This document shows positions 20,275-27,200 of a DNA stretch of 64,000 nucleotides, one piece after another. Made by a program: the position numbers and the translations under genes. The stretch lies in assembly GCA_964622545.1 (NCBI GenBank), contig CAZUQM010000012.1, positions 92,054 to 156,053 on the forward strand, in the 5' to 3' direction. The notes beneath the pieces were generated by a model, which saw only the letters and a list, made by a program, of their open reading frames with translations, was not told the origin of the DNA and did no database searches. This stretch comes from an uncultured Planctomycetales bacterium. GTDB lineage: Bacteria; Planctomycetota; Phycisphaerae; UBA1845; JAFGLZ01. Position 1 is the stretch's first letter, and every line of letters starts with the position of its first letter.

Positions 20275-22368
20275 ATGGGACAGAACCTGGTCCAGAAGAT
20301 CCTGAGCGAGCACCTCCTCGAGGGTGAGCTCCGCCCCGGCGCCGAGATCGGCATCCGCATCGACCAGTGCCTCACCCAGGACGCCACGGGAACCACGGCC
20401 TTTCTGCTGTTCGAGTCGATGGGCCTCAAGCGCATCCGTTGCGACCTGGCCGTCAGCTACGTCGACCACAACATGGCCCAGTTCGGCCCGGAGAACCACG
20501 CCGACCACATCTACCTGCAGTCGATCGCGCCCAAGGTCGGCGCGTACCACTCGCGGCCCGGCAACGGCATCTGCCATCAGGTGCACCTCGAGCGGTTTGG
20601 CAGGCCGGGCGCCACGCTCCTCGGCAGCGACAGCCACACACCAACATGCGGCGGGCTGGGGATGATCGCCATCGGCGCCGGCGGCCTCGATGTCGCCGTG
20701 GCCATGGGCGGCGGGCCGTTCTACCTGACGTGTCCTCAGGTCGTGGCCGTCGAACTGAAGGGCAGCCTCCAGCCGTGGGTCGCCAGCAAGGACGTGATCC
20801 TCAAGGTGCTGAGCATCCTGTCGACCAAGGGCAACGTGGGCTGCATCGTGGAGTACACGGGCGAAGGCGTGGAGACGCTCAACGTGCCCGCTCGGTCGAC
20901 CTGCACGAACATGGGCGCCGAGCTGGGCGTCACGACGAGCATCTTTCCTGCCGACGAGGTCACGCGGCAGTACCTGGCCGCCCAGCAGCGCGAGGACGCC
21001 TACCGCCCGATGGCGGCCGATGACGACGCCGAGTACGACCACATCACCAAGAAGGTCCACGTCGAGCGGGACGCGCGGACGCTCGAGAACATGCGCCGGC
21101 ACTGCATCGGCTTCGACGAGACACCCCCCGACGACGACGGCATGGTCACCGTGGGTTTCGACCGCATCGTCATCGACCTGGACGAGCTCGAGCCGATGGT
21201 GGCCGGGCCCGGCAGTCCCGACAACATTACGACCGTCCGAGAGATCGAGGGCATCGACGCGGGTCAGGTGCTGATCGGCTCGTGCACGAACAGCTCGTAC
21301 CAGGACCTGTCGCTCTGCGCGAACGTGATGAAGGGTCGCCACGTCGCCTCGGGCGTCGAGTTTGGCATCAACCCGGGCTCGCGTCAGGTGCTGCGGATGA
21401 TCTCCGAGGGCGGTGAGCTCACCGACTTCATCGCCAGCGGGGCGCGGATTCTCGAGGTCGGCTGCGGCCCCTGCATCGGACAGGGCCAGTCTCCCGCCGA
21501 GGGCGTCAACAGCGTCCGGACCTTCAACCGGAACTTCCAGGGCCGCAGCGGCACGAAGAACGACCGCGTCTATCTGGTCTCGCCGCAGACGGCGATCGCC
21601 ACGGCCATCGAAGGCAAGCTTCGCGACCCACGGAGCCTGACCGACGACATCGGCATGCAGGCGCCGGAGCTGGCCAACCCGGAGGCGTTTCCCATCGACG
21701 ACGGCATGATTCTTTCGCCCATCCCGGAGGACAAGGCCGACGAGGCCGAGGTCGTCCGCGGCGAAACCATCGTGACCCCGCCGTCGGCCGAGCCGCCGCC
21801 GACCGACCTGCACGGCACGGTGCTGATCAAGGTGGGCGACAAGATCACGACCGATCACATCAGTCCGGCCGGCTCGTTCCTGAAGTACCGATCGAACGTG
21901 CCGGAGTATGCCAAGGCGGTCTTCCTGCTGCTGAACGAATCCGGCAAGGCGAAGTTCCACGAGCGGGCGATCGAGGCCAAGAACGCCGGGCTCCACGGCG
22001 TGATCGTGGCCGGCGACAGCTACGGTCAGGGCAGCAGCCGTGAGCACGCGGCGCTCTGCCCGATGTACCTCGGCGTGCGGGCCGTCGTGGCCAAGGCGAT
22101 CGAGCGGATCCACAAGTCCAACCTGATCAACTTCGGCATCGTGCCGCTCGTGTTCGAGAACCACAACGACTACGACAAGCTCGCCCAGGAGGACATCGTG
22201 CGGATCGACGGCCTGGCCGCGTCGGTCGAAAACGGCGACGAGCTGGTGACGATGACGGTCGAGGGCAAGGACGCGGTCATCGCCCTGCAACTCGACCTGA
22301 GCGACCGGCAGCGGATGATGCTGACGGCCGGCGGCCTGCTGGCCGCGACGCGCGAGGGCAAGCTGTAG
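20275..22368 (+). CDS. aconitate hydratase (aconitase family)
   Basis: ORF 20230..22368 with likely start ATG 20275. MGQNLVQKILSEHL, IDQCLTQDATGT, GSDSHTPTCGG, SCTNSSY and a C-terminal swivel domain (GDSYGQGSSREHAA) are present. Confidence 0.9.
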   Translation: MGQNLVQKILSEHLLEGELRPGAEIGIRIDQCLTQDATGTTAFLLFESMGLKRIRCDLAVSYVDHNMAQFGPENHADHIYLQSIAPKVGAYHSRPGNGICHQVHLERFGRPGATLLGSDSHTPTCGGLGMIAIGAGGLDVAVAMGGGPFYLTCPQVVAVELKGSLQPWVASKDVILKVLSILSTKGNVGCIVEYTGEGVETLNVPARSTCTNMGAELGVTTSIFPADEVTRQYLAAQQREDAYRPMAADDDAEYDHITKKVHVERDARTLENMRRHCIGFDETPPDDDGMVTVGFDRIVIDLDELEPMVAGPGSPDNITTVREIEGIDAGQVLIGSCTNSSYQDLSLCANVMKGRHVASGVEFGINPGSRQVLRMISEGGELTDFIASGARILEVGCGPCIGQGQSPAEGVNSVRTFNRNFQGRSGTKNDRVYLVSPQTAIATAIEGKLRDPRSLTDDIGMQAPELANPEAFPIDDGMILSPIPEDKADEAEVVRGETIVTPPSAEPPPTDLHGTVLIKVGDKITTDHISPAGSFLKYRSNVPEYAKAVFLLLNESGKAKFHERAIEAKNAGLHGVIVAGDSYGQGSSREHAALCPMYLGVRAVVAKAIERIHKSNLINFGIVPLVFENHNDYDKLAQEDIVRIDGLAASVENGDELVTMTVEGKDAVIALQLDLSDRQRMMLTAGGLLAATREGKL

Positions 22369-22431
22369 GGCGTGCTGACCACACTTGTTTCGGTGGGTTC
22401 CGATCACGAGGGCGAGACGCCCCTCAGAGCC

Positions 22432-22491
22432 GCGACCGTGAGGGAGCTGTGTTGTTGGAGCGCTGGAACAGCAACGCTCCCTCACGGTCGC
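22432..22491. repeat. perfect 16-bp inverted repeat with 28-nt spacer (possible bidirectional terminator or protein-binding site)
   Basis: GCGACCGTGAGGGAGC (22432-22447) and its exact reverse complement GCTCCCTCACGGTCGC (22476-22491). They lie in the 360-nt gap between convergent genes. There is no flanking T-tract. Confidence 0.7.
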
Positions 22492-22728
22492 ATCTCCGTC
22501 GCGGCATCGACCCGAAGTGGGAGCGTCTCCGACATTGACCCCGAAGCGGGGGAACCGACAAATTCAAATGAGTCGGACTACCAGTGCTGCATTTCAGACG
22601 TATCGCGACGACCTGTCCGAGCCGCCGGATTCATCCGGCGCGGCCGCGCGGCATGAATCTCGCGGCTCGAGCAGCAGCCGTGGCGTGTGCCGCGCTGTCC
22701 ATCGTCGCACGATTTGTGAAACGCGGCA

Positions 22729-23625
22729 CTAGCCGTCGCCGCCCACCAGCGCGGCCTGCGCCTGAACCCATCCCTCGGGGATGCCGGCGTCGTAGGCGCG
22801 TCCGTCGATGACGTAGGCCAGGTAGCGGTCGCAGGCGGTGCGGAGCCGTTCCTGCGCGGCCGTCATCTGGATCTCGCCGCGGTCGCGCTCGTTGCGCCGC
22901 ACCATCTCGTCGAGCACAGCTAGGATCTCCGCCTCAAAGATGTGAATGCCGAAATGCGCCAGCCAGCGGTCGTCGGGCAGGCCCGGGCTGACGAGCCCGG
23001 TGCGGGCGTGCTCGACCGTCGGCTTCTCGACGATGCTCTCCACGAGGTAAAGCCCCTCGGCCGAGGGCAGGGGCGTGCCGCGCATCACGCCCACGCGCGG
23101 CAGCGTTGTGGCCTCGCACAGGAACATGCCGCTGACGGCCGCCGGCGCGTGTCGTTCGAAGACCTCGACGAGCTGCTGGGTGCAGGTCTGGCCGCGGCGG
23201 CTGGTGAAGAGGTAGTCGCCCAGCATGAGCACGAACGGCTCGTCGCCGACCCAATCTTTAGCGCACCAGACGGCGTGGCCGAAGCCCTCGGGCGTGGGCT
23301 GCTCGATGCACGTGATCCGCCGGCCCCAGATGTCGAGCTCCTTGCTGATGGCCAGGAGGTTCGTCCGGTCGCCCAGGGCGGCCAGCAGGTCGGGCTCGAA
23401 CGGGCGGAAGTAGCGCCGAACACTCTCGTCCTGTCCGGGCGAGACGACCAGGGCGATCTGCTCGATGCCGGCCGAGAAGGCCTCGGCCGCCAGCAGGTGG
23501 ATGAGCGGCTTGGCCAGGCCGTCGCGGTCGACGAGGGGCATCATGGCCTTGGGGATGGCCCAGGTGGCCGGGAGCTGACGCGTCCCGCGTCCTGCGATGG
23601 GGATGACGGCCTTGCGTAGGGTCAT
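22729..23625 (-). CDS. UTP--glucose-1-phosphate uridylyltransferase-like sugar nucleotidyltransferase
   Basis: 298 aa. The N-terminal KAVIPIAGRGTRQLPATWAIPKAMMPL is a GalU-type GxGTRxLPxTKxxPKxM motif. Confidence 0.75.
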   Translation of the reverse strand: MTLRKAVIPIAGRGTRQLPATWAIPKAMMPLVDRDGLAKPLIHLLAAEAFSAGIEQIALVVSPGQDESVRRYFRPFEPDLLAALGDRTNLLAISKELDIWGRRITCIEQPTPEGFGHAVWCAKDWVGDEPFVLMLGDYLFTSRRGQTCTQQLVEVFERHAPAAVSGMFLCEATTLPRVGVMRGTPLPSAEGLYLVESIVEKPTVEHARTGLVSPGLPDDRWLAHFGIHIFEAEILAVLDEMVRRNERDRGEIQMTAAQERLRTACDRYLAYVIDGRAYDAGIPEGWVQAQAALVGGDG

Positions 23626-23809
23626 GGCTGGCGTTGCCTGCTGGGCGTCGTCGAGCGTCGGGCCGGTTGCCGCTCGCGCCGCACCGCCCGGACGGTGGTC
23701 TGGTCTCCCGCCGGCCTATGATAGCGGCGGACAGGGACTTCGGCCAACCGCCGGAGCGTCTTGACACGACCGGCGGCGGTGGATAAAAGGAAGTGTTCAG
23801 TCTATCGGC

Positions 23810-23883
<74 letters not shown>

Positions 23884-23973
23884 GTCCTGCCCGATGGCCG
23901 GCATCTGTCGTCTCTTCCGCATCTCCGCTGGCACCTCGGTCATAGCGAGCCAGGCTTGCACTGCGCCCCATAC

Positions 23974-24125
23974 TTAGCCCAATCACCCTCGACTGGGGGA
24001 AGTGTAGCCCGGTCGCCCTCGACTGGGGGAAGTGTAGCCCGGTCGCCCTCGACTGGGACGGATGGGGATGAAGCTACACAGCCGGGGGCGGCTGTACCAC
24101 ATCAGCCGGGGGCGGCTGTGCTCCA
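23974..24125 (+). repeat. REP-like composite palindromic repeat cluster 0 (upstream of the RM gene)
   Basis: One degenerate plus two exact copies of GTAGCCCGGTCGCCCTCGACTGGG, with spacer GGAAGT or tail ACGGATGGGGATGAAGCTAC. Two copies of the hairpin unit (A/T)CAGCCGGGGGCGGCTGT follow. Same orientation as the intragenic clusters. Confidence 0.85.
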
Positions 24126-24235
24126 TGACGCACCGCACCCTAGGGTCCTTACGCGTTCAACCGCTTTGTCCGATTCTCGGGACGACGTTCCCGTCACGCT
24201 CGACATCCCACCGCAAATACGTAAGACTCTCCGGC

Positions 24236-27200
24236 ATGTCAGCCCAGCTATCCCCAGCATCCTTCGTCGCTAAATGGTCGGGCACGGCGCTGTCCGAACG
24301 CGCCGCCAGCCAAGAGCACTTCATCGACCTGTGCCACCTACTCGGCCAACCCACGCCGGCCGACCACGACGCCACCGGCGCCGAATACACCTTCGAGAAG
24401 TCCGTCGCCGTCACCGACGCCGCCAGCGCCGGCTCCAAGGGCGACCACGGCTTCGCCGACGTCTGGTGGAAGGGCAAGTTCGCCTGGGAGTACAAGCGCA
24501 AGGGCAAGCACAAGGACCTCACCGCCGCCTACCGCCAGCTCTGCCAATACCGCGAGGCGCTCGAGAACCCGCCGCTGCTCATCGTCAGCGACATCGCCCG
24601 AACCGAGATCCACACCAACTTCACCGGCCGGGCGAAACAGGTCCACACCATCCTGCTCGAAGACCTCGCCGAGCCCGCCTCGCTCGACCTGCTCCGCCGC
24701 GTCTTCACCGACCCGCTCTCGTTCGAGCCCGAGGTCACCGCCGAGCACGTCACCGAGGCCGTCGCCAAGGAGATCGGCCAGCTCGCCCTTCAGCTCCGCG
24801 CCCGCGGCCACGACCCGCACGACACCGCGCACTTCCTCATGAAGTCCATGTTCTGCCTCTTCGCCGAGGACATCCGGCTCCTACCGGCCGACCTGTTCCA
24901 GAAGCTCGTCGGCCAGTGGAAGTCCGACCCCCCCGAGCTGACCAAGGTGCTCACCGAGCTGTTCAGCAAGATGCAGACCGGCGGCGCGTTCGGCGTCGAC
25001 AAGATCGCCTTCTTCAACGGCGGGCTGTTCGATGACGCCCCCGCGCTCGAGCTCACCGACGACGAGGCCAACGTCCTGCTCACGGCCGCCCGGCAAGACT
25101 GGGGCAGTGTCGAGCCGGCCATCTTCGGCACGCTGTTCGAGCGATCGCTCGATCCGAACACCCGCGCCCAGATCGGCGCCCACTACACCAGCAAGGACGA
25201 CATCCTGCTCGTGGTCGAGCCCGTCGTGATGACGCCGCTCCGGCGCGAGTGGGCCGACGTCCAGGCCAAGGTCGCCGAACAACTCGAGCGCCGGGCCGCG
25301 GCCAAGACCAAACCCACGCGGACCAAGGCCGACCGCGCTATCGCTGACCTGCTCGACGGTTTCATCCATCGGCTGGCGACGGTCCGCATCCTCGACCCGG
25401 CCTGCGGCTCGGGCAACTTCCTGTACGTGGCCATTCAGCAGTTGCTCGGTCTGGAGAAAGAGGTCATCACGTACGCCGCCCGGCCCGACATAGGCCTCGG
25501 CCTGTTCCCCCAGGTCCGCCCGACGCAGTTGCACGGCATCGAGGTCAACCCCTATGCGGCCGAGCTGGCGCAGGTGGTCATCTGGATCGGATATTTGCAG
25601 TGGATGCGCGACAACGGCTTCACCGCCCCCAGCAACCCGGTGCTCGAACCGCTCCAGACCATCGAGAACCGCGATGCGATCCTCGATGTAGCCCGGTCGC
25701 CCTCGACTGGGGGAAGTGTAGCCCAGTCGCCCTCGACTGGGACGGATGGGGATGAAGCTACACAGCCGGGGGCGGCTGTACCACAACAGCCGGGGGCGGC
25801 TGTACCACAAGAAGATGTAGCCCGGTCGCCCTCGACTGGGGGAAGTGTAGCCCAGTCGCCCTCGACTGGGACGGATGGGGATGAAGCTACGCCACATCAG
25901 CCGGGGGCGGCTGTACCACATCAGCCGGGGGCGGCTGTGCCACATGAGATCCCCGATGCCAAGGGTGGCCCGGCAAGCTACCGCCGCAATCTCCCTCACA
26001 TTCAACCCGGTCAGCGTCCCGTCTTCGTCACTTTCTGCACACACAAGGGATGGGAGCTGCCTGAGTCGGTACGAGACCTGGTCATCACACACTGTCTCCA
26101 TGACGATAACTCGAAGCTGCAGATGCACGCGCTCGTCGTCATGCCAGACCACGTCCACCTACTCTTCACCCCGGGTCACGACAGCTACGGAAACCCGTAT
26201 GGACTCGCTGAGATCATGAGTGGGATCAAAGGCGCGTCAGCGCACAGTATCAACAAAGCACTGAAGCGTAAGGGACGGGTGTGGCAGGATGAGTCCTTTG
26301 ATCACATTCTCCGCCGGAACGAGAACCTCTTCGAGAAGGGGGAGTACATCTGCCAGAATCCCGTGCGAAAGGGACTCGTCCAGGATGAGAACGACTATCC
26401 CTGGTTGTGGCGCGAAAGCCATGTAGCCCAGTCGCCCTCGACTGGGACGGATGGGGATGAAGCTACACAGCCGGGGGCGGCTGTACCACAACAGCCGGGG
26501 GCGGCTGTGCCACATCAGCCGGGGGCGGCTGTGCCACATAGGCCCACTATCCCACCCTGGCCCGACGCCGACTTCATCATCGGCAACCCGCCGTTTCTCG
26601 GCTCGAAGCTGTTCCGACAGCAGGGTCTCGATGACGAGTACATCCAGGCCATGTTCGACACGTATGAGATTCCCAACACGTCCGACCTGTGCTGCTACTG
26701 GTTCGAGCGGGCGCGACAGGAACTGGAGAAGAACCCACTGCTCCGCGCCGGCCTGCTTGCCACGCAAGGCATCCGCGGCGGAGCGAACCGAAAGGTCCTC
26801 GAACGCATCGAGGACACCGGCGACATCTTCCTGGCCTGGTCGGATCGCAACTGGGTTCTGGATGGGGCTCACGTCCACGTGTCGATCGTCGGTTTCGATA
26901 ATGGCACCGAAAACGAGCGTATGCTTGACGGCAAGCCCGTTTCCGACATCAACGCCTCACTCACCGGCGACATCGACACGGGCAAGGCGAGCGCCTTGGC
27001 AGAGAACACGGGTATCGCCTTCATGGGCGATACGAAGGGCGGCAAGTTCGACATCACGTGGGACGAGGCGCGGGCGATGCTGCCGCAACCCAACCCCACC
27101 GGCAGCTTCAACTCCGAAGTCGTTCGTCCGTGGGTAAATGGGCTAGACATCACGCGACGCGCTCGCAGTATGTGGATCATCGACTTCGGCTGCGACATGC

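Larger units (their letters stand above)
25688..26539 (+). mobile_element. REP-RAYT-REP cassette nested in-frame in the RM gene (852 nt = 284 codons)
   Basis: A 258-nt repeat cluster, a 477-nt RAYT-coding segment and a 117-nt repeat cluster. It is bounded by host sequence NRDAILD and (R)PTIPPWPDADFIIGNPPF. Boundaries are uncertain by about 3 nt. Confidence 0.8.

Noticed and set aside
20266-22485. 739-aa antisense ORF opposite aconitase, and similar long ORFs (1411..2715 minus, 4494..6050 minus, 16621..18903 plus, 57353..60232 minus, 42891..43928 plus, 29129..31018 minus)
   Set aside because: They are Arg/His/Asp/Gly-rich and low complexity, and they mirror well-supported genes on the other strand. 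This is the typical stop-codon-poor antisense frame of high-GC DNA.
24062-24235. N-terminal 58 codons of ORF 24062..28327 (MGMKLHSRGRLYHISRGRLCSMTH...)
   Set aside because: This is a translation of REP cluster 0 in a different frame, followed by leader sequence. The conserved MmeI-family N-terminus starts at ATG 24236. The parallel ORF 23857..24273, which starts inside the tRNA, is likewise an artefact.
25688-26539. Could the in-frame insertion be an intein with a nested endonuclease?
   Set aside because: The insert begins with VARSPS and ends with ...AAVPH(RP) followed by T. There is no N-terminal Cys/Ser nucleophile block and no C-terminal His-Asn plus Cys/Ser/Thr splice junction. The flanks are DNA palindromes rather than Hint-domain sequence, and the core is an HUH transposase, not a LAGLIDADG/HNH nuclease.
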